A stretch of DNA of 64,000 nucleotides from Spongospora subterranea f. sp. subterranea. Taxonomy: Eukaryota. Location: NCBI GenBank assembly GCA_049724395.1, contig JAUGWO010000042.1:310001-374000 (forward strand), given 5' to 3'. This document shows, in pieces, positions 45,001-59,129 of the stretch (position 1 is its first letter; the number at the start of each line of letters is the position of its first letter). Position numbers and translations under genes: made by a program. The notes under the pieces were generated by a model, which was given only the letters and a program-made list of their open reading frames with translations, did no database searches and was not told the DNA's origin.

Positions 45001-48000
45001 ATGTCGTCCTTCATGCCTCGGGAATGGAATTCAGTGGTGGCATCTCCTCCGCCTCAAACATCGAAGCCAGCGCAAGAAAGCGTGCGGTCGACGTTACAGC
45101 TGCCGCCACGCCAGATCACAACCGCAGCCGTAGCAGCTACTGTACCATGTCGATACACTAAGGCGGAGATGCTCGCACTCTTCTCTCCCTCTGATCGCGC
45201 TCCCTCAGATTTTCAGTTCAATATTCCCATTGTCTCGTCAGACTGTCTATTACCGGTCAACTCTCAACCTCCCTCCAAGGCCGAGTCAGAGATATATGAA
45301 TCTGGATCTTGGTATATGCCAGGTTTTCATCAGCGAACCGGGCCTGTATCTGCCGGTTCCGCTCGGCCTAGGAATGTGGCTGGGAAAGGGTCCCGTCTTT
45401 CGTTCCCTCGGGCTCGATCCGCGGTTCCTGATGAACCACCGAGCCCGCAAATAGCGAATACAAAGCCGAGCTGGCGTCATGACGATCGAGATATTCCTGG
45501 TGGCCATGACAGTGGCCATGGTTATTCGGATCACAGTGCGCCTGAACATTTACTGGGAGAAAGCAAACGTCCAGTGTGGGGCGCTCGTAGGGATCATGTG
45601 TTCACTGCCGAAACGCCGATGCCTTTTACCACTCCTGAGCGCGAAAGGTCGTCAAATACTCCCTCACGGTCCTCTGTAAATTGTCGTTCAGACGCTGCAT
45701 TATCATGGCGTCGCTGCTCAGATCAGAGCGAAGGTCAAACCACACCACAGTTGAACCAACCTGCACCTCGTCCGTTGCCAAACGCTTCCGATGTTCTACC
45801 TACTTCAAAGACGGTTTCTAATGTAGCTGGTGCTTCCACAACTGCGACTGCTGCCCCGTTAAAGAATCAATCGATACCATCAGTGCAACCTGCGATCGAG
45901 GACTCCAATAGGGAGCCAAACCAAAAGCACAGTAGCGCTAGTTTAAATTCGGTGGAGCGTATTTCTGTTGCGGATGACATCCATCACCCTTTGGATCAAG
46001 CTCCGGGCATCATCACAGATTCGTGGTGGTACCAAGATCCCTCTGGAACAGTTCGCGGTCCGTTTTCTTCCGAAGCTATGCGAGAATGGTATAACCAACA
46101 ATATTTTCATTTGACCCTCCCCGTCAAGAACCGCATAGACGAAGCGTTTGTCCCATTAGGTGCGTTGTTTCTTCAAGGTAATCCGGCATTCCTGGATCAT
46201 GTACCCGTTATTATGGCAGCGCCTTCCCCGCAAATGCCTGTTTCTAGTGCAGTTTCGAGCAATCAGCAGTCTGGAGATCCAAGACTTCTGCGATCTTCCC
46301 ATGCTATTCAGCAAATGCCGCCTTCGGTTGTATATCCTCCCAACTATCGACCAGAAGTTTCTAGTAGTTATGCATCGCCTTCGTATCCCTGCCTGTTTGG
46401 AGTCACTTCTCAGTTTGGCCACATGGGAATCTCATCGGCAGTAAAGCATACTTCAGTTCCGACAGAAGGACCTAAGGTGTCGGATATGGCTCCTGCTCGG
46501 TCGGCCTGGCCAAGATTCAGCTCTTCTAGCGTTCCATCGCAAGCTACTGTTATCGACCCTTCTGTAGAAATGCCCCTTCAGGTCCCACCTGTTGTGGAAT
46601 CGTCACTGTTAACAATTCCGGATCACGTCGAGAGTTCTGAAAGCGATGAACCACAAAAATGTGCTGTCGGCGCTGCAGCAGTTGAAGAGGCTTCCCTCCC
46701 TTTGAATGAGCCAGAATCAACGGTACTTATGCCAGATGTGGTATCTCCGGTCGAACCTGTCAAAGCGGTGCTTATAACTCAAAAAGACGCTCAAGTTCCA
46801 CCATCTTTATCAAATAGCAGCGCAGTGCCATCTGGCGAATCCGTTAAGCGTGGTGAAAGCCAATGTGAGCCTCCCCGTGCGCGTCTGCATGATTGGTTTG
46901 GCAGTTCTATCAAAGACGAAGAATTGACGCCAGGCAAGCGAAGCAAGCCCTTAGCGAGCCTTGTTGAGATACAGCACGAGGAAGAAGCATTAATTCTGCA
47001 CCAACAAGCGGAGGCGAATGCCCTGAGGAAACAGAAGGAGGCTGAGCAAAAACTTCAGGCGTCGTCTACTCTGGGATCTGTCTGGAGTACTGGATCTCGC
47101 GTGTCCCAATCACTGCTTGAGATTCAAAAGCAAGAGGAGTTGATCCAGACTGAGGCAAATACCAAACCGGCTCCGGCTTCTGGTTGGGCTTCTAGAATTG
47201 CTGTTACGCCAGTCGGCAGATCACAACCTGAGATCGGTTCATCTCATTGGGCACAACCTCCGAAAGCGGCCGTTAGTATTCGTCAGATTCAGAAAGAGCA
47301 GCAAAAGGTCGTACAATCCCACGCTCGGCCTGCCACAACTTCGGCCTGGAGCGCAGCCGTTGCCGGGCCAGCCTGGCCTCGTGCACAGGCTGCTGCAACG
47401 CCGGCCTGGTCCAACGGCCCCGCTCTGTCTAGGTCTCAAGGTGCCAGTTTGAGCGGACCGTCTAGCTGTAATGATGCTCCAATTTCTCGTCCTGAAGCAA
47501 TATTATTAGCGCCACAGTCTGCCACTCTCGATCCTGCCACGAACCCGATATCTTGTGAGGTTGGTAATTCTCCATGCTTATCCGATGCAGACGAGAGTTC
47601 GAGCGGTTCAGAAGACGATCTGTTCTGGGCGTCAAACGATAGGAGCAGTGTTACGAATTCAGCCTCAGAGTAAACAGTCAAGCGTATCACGACCAGGGCT
47701 GAACAGCAATGAGTTTGGTGGACCAAGACTCTCTCCTGCATTTCAGCAATGGTGCAAAGTACAAATGGAGGGTATTTCTGCTGACTGTGGTATGTTGAAT
47801 TTGAAAGTTTAGCAGTGTCCTGTTTCTAATCACAATCTTCACTCAGACATTGCACTTGCTGAATTTCTCATTACGTTGAAGTCACCACAAGCTATTCGTC
47901 AATATATTTATGAATATTTGGGTCGTTCGTCCAAAGTAGAAGCTTTTGCAACGGGCTTTTTGCAGCATAAGGATTTTGACGAAGCGAAATTGCCTGTTAA

Positions 48001-48133
48001 AGGCCGGTCCCGTGCCGACGAACGCGCAACTTCAGATATGAATTCGGATGCTCAGTCCAGTGCCACCACGAAGAAGAAAAAGAATCGACGCCGTCGCAAG
48101 AAAATTGATCCTGTATTATTCGGTTTTCAATAA
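45001..48133 (+). CDS. GIGYF/Smy2-like GYF-domain protein, multi-exon
   Basis: RYTKAEMLALF (4EHP-binding-like motif), GYF domain WWYQDPSGTVRGPFSSEAMREWYNQQYF, SLxEIQ repeats, C-terminal FQQWC..YIYEYLG..FATGFL and KKIDPVLFGF. Confidence 0.85.
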
Positions 48134-48285
48134 ATACGCTTAATACGATTGTAATTTCTGTTGAACGGTTTACATAAGTAGTATTGCATGTATTATAGTA
48201 GCTGTAGTTTTAAATCAACAAAGTGACGTAAAATGCATTTATTGAGAAGATGAATCATAAAAAAATTGCTGTATCAGATGGTGAA

Positions 48286-49171
48286 TTATTTCTTAGCAGC
48301 ACGGCGATCAGCGCGAAGCGTGGCATGGAAACCAGATTTGATAGGGGCGACGGAGCGAGAGGAACCGCACATCTCACACTTGATGAAATACAACCGTGTA
48401 AGACTGTCCCGAGAAAGGGTCGTCTCTGGGTTCTTACACATACTGCATTCGACGTATTCTTTGATGTACTTTTTCAGAAGACTCTCTATCTGTTTTGGAA
48501 GATAGCGCCCTTTGATCTGAATCATTCGTAAAATATTAGGATAAAAAGCCGACATGCTATGAGAGCTAATCGGTTCTTACAACAAGCCGTTGGTTTCCAT
48601 CAACCGAACCTTCAGTACCCAGTTCAGCAATAAAGAACGAGATCATATGTTCCATGTTGCGATTGAGCGTATCGCACATTTGGCTGATATTCGCCCACAT
48701 CGTCTTACGAGACCCAATTCTGACCATTTGTGGTGGAGGCATCGAATGTCTTTTCCTTTTCGGACAGGTTAGGGTTTTTCTCCCGTAGCAAACGAAATAT
48801 ACGATCGAGCATCTAAAATATTTAGTGTGAGTAACTGGCCAAAACTGCATTCCATCATAGGTCTCACTTCAATATATCCATAATCGCGATCACTACCATC
48901 CCAAGTTCTTTCACCCGTACTTGTGGCCACAGACGTTGAAACCTCTGAACAGCCCATCGAACTTAACACAGAATCTTATTCACAACTCACTAGCCAATGT
49001 ACCAGATAAATCGTCCTTCTTCTTCTTCTTCTTCTTCTTTTTCTTTAGGGACAAATCAAACAGTTCAAGATCGTCCGCTAATAAATCATCTACGAGTTCA
49101 GACTGAGGCCTGCCGACATTGGCGATGTCCTCTCCATCGGAGCTAACATGACCTCGATCTTCCATCATCAT
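48286..49171 (-). CDS. EIF2S2: Translation initiation factor eIF2 subunit beta, multi-exon
   Basis: Poly-K box, [72 protein letters not shown]. Confidence 0.95.
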
Positions 49172-49725
49172 CGCCCCAATCAGCCGAAGCCACCGCTGTT
49201 TAAGACTGCGATCCTTAACTCCGTACGGGTTTGCTCTCTGAAGCCAGATGTTTCTGCTCGCACAGCTTTAGTACACTCATTCCTGTACCCAAATAGGTCA
49301 TTACCAAAATCCCCTACTTTTTCATGATAATGCAGCTTTGAAGTTCTCGTCGCTTCGGTTTGCTCTGATGTCAAATGCCCTCTGGTGGTGCCAATTATTC
49401 GGCCATACAGAACCATCAACATGAGTTGCCAATCGCTGCAACAATATTCATTTTAGGACATTTTGAACGTCGTGTCTTCTGTTTGCATTAATTGATGTTA
49501 TATTCTTAACACACATGTTGAACGAACCGTCCCAGCATTAAGGATGTACTGTATATTTGAGGCATATGGTTTGCCGAGATCCAACCTGAACGCAATAGCA
49601 ATTCAATACAAATGTGTTTTGTGTAGTCAAAAGTGATGATCCTTGCATGAAAGACTTAGCCAACTTTTGACCCGAAAAGACTCTGCTATTTATTGGTAAT
49701 GGATACCTAACTTATTTATCATTGT

Positions 49726-51494
49726 TCAAGCCTCTTTGGCATATCTGATAAGGTGTTGAAGCTGATCCTCCAGGCAGTTCCCAAGCCACCTTTTATCAAT
49801 GCAGCTATTCTCCAGATATATGCCGTCAGCAAATGCATCGTCGTTGGCAGCTCCACCGACCTGACAAGAATTTTTTCCCACACGTCCGACCATTTTTTTA
49901 TATCTAATGGTGGGTTGTTTTCTGGGTAAGTTCACAGTTGCATGAGAAAATGGCCACCTACTCAAAGGTTCTAAGAAATTATGCAAGAATTTATCTCGGA
50001 CTGCAGATTGGGCGGTGCTGATTTCTGCGATCAAAATCTGCTCGATACACCGACAAAGATATGGTGAATTTTGAGTAAGCCTAAGCCAGCGTTGACTACC
50101 CAAACTGGGAGGATCTTCAAAACTGGTCAATAACTCAGAACAAAGCATGGACAGCACCAGATTTCTCAGGCCACTGTTTTTACCAAAAGATACTAAGAAA
50201 ACCATAATTTGATCTCTGATATCTGTGATGCTTTCAATCGCCCTATAAACTCAACGATTTGAGAATCACCTGTATGGGTTACATAATGACTTTGATAAAC
50301 CGTTTCCGGTTCTTGCTCTCTTGTTTCAAAATGATTTAGTTTCCAGACCATTTCAGAAAGAGCTTCAACCAATTTCGCACTATGAGGCTGCAATTGTGTT
50401 GAATTGAAAATCCCGGTACGCATCGGCAAGGGAGCCTACAAACCTAGCATGCTCAGTTGGAACTTGTTTTGATAAAAACTTTCGTACATGCAATCCATTC
50501 TCCCGCAAAGCCGATATCGTCATGATTCTGCATAAGCTCAGGATCCGAAATGGCCATGATCACATCTTGGGCGATTTTTACAACAATGTCGCCTAAATAT
50601 TGCACCATTAGCTACCATACGTCATGAGGGTATTTCGTTATTACCAAATGGACGTGTTTGATCTTTACATTCTTTGATATTTCGTTGAATGATATCTATT
50701 TGCCGGATTGCAGCGACGGCTCCTGGGGCCTTCATGTAAATGTTGATAACACTTTCTGTTGATTGTTGCGTTTGCGTCGCAGTGTCGGCCTGAAGGGTGT
50801 CGATTTGTTGCTGAAGAACATTATTTGCTATTCACCAAATTGATTACAGCACAGTACGAAGTAGTCTGTCTTACTGCGATGCAACTGGTCAACTTCAGAC
50901 ATGAGATTGCGAACCTTTATGTATAACCCGTCGTCTTCATTCTGCTTAGCAGAACTCGCTTCTCCCCCATTGTTGCGGCAAGACCGATCGCAAAATGCAA
51001 ATCGTCAAACGGTGATGGGTTGATCATTTTGATTATGAAACACGATACAACAGTTGATAGCCTGATCCGTTGATCAGCAGCCAACATGACATGTAACTTC
51101 GGCAGTTCAGTCTGGCAGGTCTGTAACCATAACTGTGCAGGGTACAGTACACCTGTATGGCCCTCACTCTGCTCACATGATACCCGTGCTCAGGTCCAGT
51201 AGGTTTCTGTACAATGCTGCTATTTGCATGTCGTGCTGTCCCCGCCAGCAAGGACAGGCAGGCGTCCATGTCATGGCTGCACCCTCTTCGAAATCATCTC
51301 GTTCAGGTTGACATTTACTGTCGTAACTTTTTCGCTCTTGTTGCGTGGCGTTTGCCGGCTTCAAAATTCAATTTCTGCCACCGCCTCCCCCGCTGGCGTC
51401 CAATCTAGAATTCGCTCGTGTGTGAGTGTTGCGTGGGCAGCAGAGTCAACTCGCGCTGAAGGAATGCTGACTAAAAATTGTGTCTACCGGTAAT
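49726..51494 (-). CDS. Hypothetical multi-exon protein (boundaries approximate)
   Basis: Chain of minus-strand ORF pieces with intron-sized gaps and GT/AG boundaries; no recognised family. Confidence 0.4.
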
Positions 51495-51956
51495 GTATAA
51501 GGCAATGAGGGATTCCTCATGGCATCAACCGCCTAAGAATTTGACGGCACACATCTCAAATTAAAGTAGTTTGCGAAAAAAACCCATTTCAAGAAATCGC
51601 GCGCCCAAAATTGCACTACAATTGTAGAAGTCCGAGACGAGCTCCCGAAGATGGCGATGTCAAGGATCCCACCATCTTACTACAGAACCGGTTGTTTGCT
51701 AGCTGTGAGCGACCCTGACTATTTTCACCATATATCTCCCTGATCTGTTGTTGTTAAGTCTTTAGCCGGGTTATCCTTTGCGTTTCCCTGGTTTTATCTA
51801 AGGTCGGTTTTCCTTAACTCATGGAGTGCTTGTGTTGACTTTATGAAGTTCCAAGTCGACAAAAAGTCCCGACCGCCGACAATTTAGCGCTATCAATTCA
51901 CAGCAACGGTTGCCTCCATCTTCCTGATGCTTGCAACAAACTTGGTATCGACAAAT

Positions 51957-53745
51957 TTATTTAATGAAGGCACCTGTGACATTTGGGGTTCTAACAATCA
52001 TATATCCAAAATCTTCTATCAGTTCCAAAATTTTGTTAGCATCGCCAATATATTCTTGTTGTTCACTTGGCCGAAGCTCATCGAATTTTGCAGCACGAAA
52101 GTATTCAGGAGATCTGGGAGATATCATGTTAGAGATAAGCCCTTTTGCTGCAATATTTTGCAATCGGCTGACGACCATGCACCAATGTGCATGGCCATTC
52201 TCCGCTAGAACTTGGACCAACTTCACTTTCTCAGGGATGTCAAGACCTGAAAGTTCACTGATTTTCGGTGAGGCTGAGAAGCCGAAGAAAAGAATGATTC
52301 GAAGCATCGCTTCAGTAAATTCCATAGTAATAGAAGCTGATTTCCCTCCAGTAAGGAACGGGACACTGATTTGATGAGATACAAATGTATCAGCAGCATT
52401 CTTAAGCCAAGTTTTGGATGGCGATTTCTGCCATGCCTTCTTCAGTCCCTCGTTAATGATGTATGTAAGATCCTCTAAATCGGGAGTCAATTCGGTAGCG
52501 CTTGTATCAAGGACGATTGGTGTCCATGGTGCATTTTGCTTTGATGGCCCTGTGCTAGTTTCTCCCATCAGCGTTTGGTTGAGCAATTTTACAAACAACA
52601 TCGAAAAAAACGCGCTGTTGAATACGAAATGGTCAATTTCGACCGAAGTCGCTGCTTGTCTAAGCAAAATTGCCTCAGCCCTGTTTGATGGTGATATCTC
52701 CACTGATTGCACATTTCTTGCCAAGATTTTGACCTCTTGGAGCCAGCCATCAGAGGATATTATCATCCATCTCCATTTGGTGCTAATGCGTAATGTGCAA
52801 TCTAATGAAGAAAGCTGCCCTAGTGTTTTCTTCACATGGAAGCAATGCACAACACAGTCATCTTCGTATTCTTGCCACAATTCTTTTACATTGCCGTCTT
52901 TTCCCTGACAAAGGGTATCTAGTCAAACACTGCTAAACACCAAACAAATATTCTGACTGATTTTGACGAAGCGTTATCGTCTGTGCCTGTTGAAAGGGTT
53001 GTTCCGACTACATCAAAGATCATGTCTGCAATCCTGCGACACAACAGTGCCCGTTCACGGTTGAGCTGATCTTGTAATTTCGTCAACGACCGGCTTAGAA
53101 GTCGTGTGCCTTGCCTTGCAACCTATGAATTTGTTCAGATCAATTTCATGAACGATATCTGGTTACCGTAATCGCCCCATCGTTTGCGTCAAAAGAAGCT
53201 TCTTTCTGAAGCGAAATTGTTACAAGTTCGACGAAGTCAGCGATCAGCTCATTCTCATTTTGAACAAGGTTCGCCCATCGGTCTAAGGCGTCGTTTTCGA
53301 TTCTCAAATCGTTAAATTCTTTTGAGAGTTGTGCAACTGAGTGACTATCGACTTGCAATGGTTGAGGTTTGTCAACAATACGAGCCTCAGATATTGGAAT
53401 ATCGGCTAATAGACGTTTTTTCAAGATTTCCGATACTTGAGATGGCATCTCAACATTATTGGCCATCTCATTGACGTCTGGTGTCGGCGATAAACATATG
53501 CTGTCCAGAAGTTCCGATATTGAGGCTTTGCTATCACATGATGCAATCTGCTTCTGTACTACCGCGGTCGCCTTTGACAATGTATCTTCATTGGCGAGAT
53601 TATCTGGCAACAATGATGAAGGTTTGGACAAGGGGGGTGGGGGTGGGACATAATGCTTTCTGACCGGAGGCATTTGAATACTGATGCAAGAACGGGAGAA
53701 GATATTTACGAGCAACAGTACGGTTATCATTAGAATAACACACAT
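51957..53745 (-). CDS. Hypothetical multi-exon protein with Pro-rich start and coiled coil
   Basis: 199-aa and 307-aa ORFs joined via a short intervening exon; no recognised family. Confidence 0.55.
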
Positions 53746-54369
53746 CCCGCAAACACAAAATTTATTTAAGAATTTGATAGCTGGAAAATAAGCAGTGGCA
53801 TCATGTAATTATTAATTGCCCCTCGTGTATGGCAAGTTCAAAAAATGAACTAAATAAAAAAAACCGCAATGAACTAAATAAAAAAGTCACTCAATGTGAT
53901 GCATGCAGGGTCCACATATTTAGATTGTAAGTGGTCAATGTACAATAAATGGCATATAATGGCACCGGATGGATATGGGCACAGCGGTTGTCGGAACGCA
54001 GCGGACGACGTGCGCTGTTACTTTCCACCAGCGAAAAACAACGGCCATCTCTCGAGATACCCGAAGGAGTCACCCGACTTCCGACGAACAGCGAGAGATT
54101 CGAAGACGGCGTCAACAAGAGCAGTCTCTCGATCTGTGCCCAATTTCTCTGGCTTGGTGTAACGCAAACAGCGCACGTGGCCCGCTTGCGTTACACCGAG
54201 AAACTCCGTCTGGGTGCTGTAACGTAGGGGTACAGTATGAACTTAGACCGGATTAGGACTGAAATAATACGGATAATCGATAGTGGTCTTCCGACCATTG
54301 CTCATCCACATTCGGTGGAAAGAGAAGGAGAACATTGAACATTGAGGCAGGACGGTGGTGACCAGGACC

Positions 54370-56515
54370 ATGGACCGATCACATCATGAAAACAAATTTG
54401 ATCGGCAAATAAGGTTCACACGATTCGCAAAACGGAGTTCATTCAATTGTTGACCGAGGCTGGCGATAGACTTTGGGGGTTTCATGGCCAAGCGACGCTA
54501 GAATCCGCTCATGTTCTAGTTTTGGGATCAGGTGGTTTGTTAATTTGAAATAATGTTTCTGCCAGATTTGATGTGTGAACAGGCCCAATTGCTTCCGAAT
54601 TTATCAAAAATTTGATTCTCGCCAATGTCGCAGGTAATTATCTTGCATTGATTTCCCCAAATATCACAAATTGAGATCATCAAACATCATAGAATTTACG
54701 ATCATGGATGATAGCACCGTTTCATTGTATGATGTTGGAAATAACTTTTTCATCTCGTCCTCATCTGTGGGGAAAGATCGAGGCGCTGTGGTTGCCAGTC
54801 TGTTAAGCGAATTAAATCTCGATTGCGCCGTTAAACATATCGACAGAAACCCGGCAGAGTTTATCAAGTCGTGTGGCGATGGACTATGTCACAGCAATGA
54901 AGACTATAAGAGTTTATGTCAGTACACAATCGGTATATTCTCGCTGCTTTTGTCTGTTAGCTGTTTACCAATTGCTATCATGACAGTAGTAGCAACGGGC
55001 ATCCATTTGGTGGACGCCTCTTTACTTTGCGACATCTTATTCCCTTTAAAAATCCCACTGTTGCACATCAGATCTTTCGGATTAATTGCATCGTTGCGCT
55101 TAGGTAAGATGATCCAGGGAGTATTTGTTAATTAGCACTGAAAACGCTTTAGCAATTTCGGAGCATGCTGTTATCGAAACCCACCCGGAGAACGAATCGG
55201 GTGATCTATTTCTTCACCCGTCTCAGTTAATCCATTTTCCGAAGTTAAGCCAGCTTCTCTTATCGTTCGATTTATTTGGATCCAACACGGATGAATTTGT
55301 CTTCACTCATGTTCCTTTCCCGGCCATTCTGCTTCAACTATCGAACAAATTTGCGTTGGAAAAAGCCTAACGTCGTGTGCACACCCGAAGAATTCAAAAG
55401 TTTTATATCTTCACATAATCGCCTGAACTCTAGTAATTTCGATGAAGCAATTCGGTTTACCCACTATCGGACTCGTGACCCGCGTCATCACATTAGGCAA
55501 GTGGCCTTCCAAAATTTCCAATTTATCGCAAATTCTTACAAACGTTCAGTGGCGATCTTAGAGATATACTTAGTGATTCAAAGGCTTCTTTAACATCATC
55601 CGAAGCGGATCCTTTCTGGATATTGGTCAAAGCGTTGAAGTTGTTTCTTTCAAATGAAGGTCACGGGTTTTTACCCGTCTCCGCTTCGTTGCCAGACATG
55701 ACCGCAGATACCGATTCATATCTTGCTCTGAAGCTGGCGTACTCGGAAAAGGCACTTGCTGATCGACAAAGTGTCGGAAAGTATGTCAAAGACATACTTT
55801 TAGCAATGAATTTAAGGTCCGATCATGTCCCGGATTTGATGATTGACGAGTTTGTCAAGAACTGTCGCTCCATCCACGTATCTCGAATGAGAGGAATTTC
55901 TTATGATGTTGGAACGTTTTGTGACGAAACTGCTAAAGCTGTCGTTTGCGAGGCACTCGCTGAAGAAGTCGACTCCTTAGACCAAGATCAAGATTCAGCA
56001 ATTTGCATAGATCAGGATAGCAATCGCCCACCGAATGACATTCACTGGTATCTCGCGATTAAATGCGCCGATATCTTTCATCAAAAGCATGGTTATTATC
56101 CAGGAGATCGGTCAGTATTTGCAACCATTCTGACCTAAGGGTTGCTAAGTGGTACATGCATCGCAGGGGTGACAGCATTATCAACTCAGATTTACAGGCT
56201 CTTACAGAAATTGCATCGACTGTTTTCAAATGCATCGGATTTGACCCAGATAATATTAATACGTCCTGCCTTGAAGAGATTGTGCGGTTCGGGTCATCGT
56301 CCATACACAACACAGCTTCATTGATTGCAGGTATTATCATTTTTCTGTACTGCTAACTCGAACAGAAGCTTATGAATATTTCAGGCATTGCCGCGCAGGA
56401 ATCTCTGAAGTTGATCACGAGACAGTATGTTGTATTCAATAACACAGTAGTCTGGAATGGGTGTCCATGCTACTCTTGCAAGATGGAGTTTGTAGATGTT
56501 GTATATATATATTAA
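54370..56515 (+). CDS. NAE1: NEDD8-activating enzyme E1 regulatory subunit (APPBP1/Ula1), multi-exon
   Basis: KFDRQI/RLWGFHGQ, DVGNNFF, VIETHPE, HVPFPAILL, LPVSASLPDMTADTDSY, EEIVRFG..IHNTASLIAG/IAAQESLKLIT.QY..FNNT. Confidence 0.93.
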
Positions 56516-58982
56516 TCAATTGTCGAGACTTGGCTCTTTCGTTGGGCCCCACGAGCTTTGGATGAGCGGTGATCTAATAGTGCACTGAGATGTGAACGAA
56601 TCGCAATCAACGTCCCTGTTTCAAAGGAATCGTCGACCGGTTTTGATAGCCGATCCAGTAGCGTGCACGACTCTGATCTGCTGACACCGCGAAATTGCTT
56701 CGACGACTGTTTCTTGATATGTATCTAAATTATGGCGAAAATGGTAAATATGGCGAAACGATGTTCTTGTTTTGAAGTGGATACAACCTGGCTTTTTGAG
56801 TTTCTCATTCGGAATTCAATCGATTTTTTCATCTCAACGTGTCTTGTTTTGGGATGAGATGTAAGTTCTCCTCCACGCTCAGTCGATATAATTGTCGTCA
56901 AGGAATCGATAGTTGTTGAGTCCGTCTCTTCCAATGCTAGTCAACGACAATTAAGCATGGGGTTGTTCAGGGTACCTCCAGAATTGGTGAAAGCCACTTC
57001 GTCATCATCCAGAACTTTCAGGCTAGATAGATTTTCGATCGAATTTGAGTTTTTTAGCGATGAATATACTTTGAAGAATGCGAATTCTCTCGCCAAAGTT
57101 CTTCTTGTCAGAACGTGCTGCAGTATTGTTGGTTGGTATAAATGTATAAATGCTGATCGTGGCAACAGTAATAACGTGCAATGATCGGATAAACATATGG
57201 CTGCAGTTGGCGATCGTCGCACCTGTTTTTACATGAAATCAACGACTTAGTTGAGTTGAGAGTTGTGATCCCACATCACACACATACTCCCAATATTGCC
57301 TCATCCCCAAAACAGTCGTTTGCTTTGACGACATCTACGACGAAAGACTTGGTGGTGTTGACGTCTAGCCTTTCCCACTTGATACTATCAACAGGCCATT
57401 TATTGTGGCGATAGATATGTATCTGTCGTGTTAGCGATATCGATCCTGTCGCAACAAAATAGATGAAATTCAACGAGGCACCCTAAATCATGAATCAAAA
57501 TTCGAGTTATTCTGCAAAAAAGGAAACTATAGTTACCTGGTCAATAATCATCTGTTTTTTAAGAAAACTCGCGCCTAATCATCTTTGATGTAAGCCGATC
57601 AAGGCGCGACTCTCCCCAAGTTGAGAACATGCTCATACTTGTGAGTAAAGATTTCGCTTGTCCATTAAGGTACTGCCGCTGTTCATCCACAAGCTCTCGA
57701 TAAACTGGTCAACAGAATTAGCCCGATATTGCCATGATAATTACATCAGATTACATCGGTACGGGCATGAAATAACCAATGAATCAGATACCGCACGAGC
57801 GGAATTGTTTCGCGCTTTTACCGAGGAAGCGTTTTCGTTGACGTTGATTGGAAAGAACGCGGTCCTGATCATATCCCAGCGACGAATACATGGTGACCGC
57901 CGTTTTAATCGTTTGACTTCCGCTATTGCTTCAGGCTGTAAAGGATAACCGAACGTTGTCCCAACCGATATCTGACCACGATGATCGATAATCAGGCCCA
58001 GTTAAGTTCAATCCAGCTATTACCTGTTCTGTATAGCCAGATGGTTTATCGTCCATATTGGATAGCTCCGTAATTCCTGATTTCATCACATAAAGCGCAT
58101 CGACCGGATCGTTTCTCGTGTAGAGCAGAACTCCCTTACGAACGGTCACCAGACTTGCCACCTTCAACAGACCAGATATTGCTTGATCATTTAGTTCGCC
58201 GAAGCATTTTACAGAACGGCACCATTGAAGCGCCTATGCAGTTTATCATGCCAATTCTTAGGTGATCGACATAAAACACAATCTGTTAGGAAATCACCAT
58301 CGATGTCTCATACGTTGATCGTTTTTCACAGGGTTTCATCAGCATGTCAATACACAGTTCTTCTGAGCTTATTTCATACACATTCTGGAAATCGTGCCGT
58401 TGCCAAAGCCACTGAGGGAATATAACCGGTTTCGGTAGTGATATGAGCGGCTTAGAGGGAGTTGAGGGAGCGGCACCATCACCAGATAGATGTCGTCTTT
58501 GCTGCACTATCTAATCGAACACCATTAGGCGATCGAGCTGATCTTCGCTAGCCAAAATGGGCAATGAGATATGGTTTACCTGCATTGGAGATAAGGGACG
58601 CCCTTTATGCTGAACACGAACCTGGTTTGGGTCAACTGCTAAGGAATCGCCTATCGCCTTGCCTTCTCTTCATCTTCTGGACGATAGGATTCTGTGAACA
58701 ATATTGACGGGAACGATTAGATGAACCTGTTAAACCCACATTCTGTAATGGGAGTGGGACAATTCGATGGCGTCGATATCGTTGAGGAGCACACTGTTGG
58801 CGCCCTCTCATGAACTCCAGAGCAGAGCTGATATTCTTGATCCCTAGTTTGCTAGGGTCTCTCCATCCTTCCGACGCCTGTTGAATCCCCAGAACCGCAT
58901 TGCACCGTCGCCTAACGACATCTTCAGATGCTGCCTGGTCTAATGTAAGCTGTTGATCATTGGACATTGGGGTGAACGCCAC
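56512..58982 (-). CDS. Cyclic nucleotide-binding domain protein (two CNB-like domains), multi-exon
   Basis: KGVLLYTRNDPVDALYVMKSG; FIYFVATGSISL..CFGDEAILG; RSPTAAIC..LLLLPRSAF. Confidence 0.7.
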
Positions 58983-59129
58983 TCGCCCCTCACGTCATCC
59001 AGTGATTGGATGATCAGTGTGACCGGCCGTTCAAATGGACCATCTTGATTAGAACAAACATCGATACTAAAACAGTTTCCAACAAGATACGAACACATTG
59101 GTTATCGATATGATTCAACTATCACCTTT

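Noticed and set aside
5641..58982. MLO-VSD, LETM1, Cache-TPC and CNB genes as one co-regulated ion-signalling cluster
   Set aside because: They are separated by unrelated housekeeping genes; nothing in the sequence supports functional clustering
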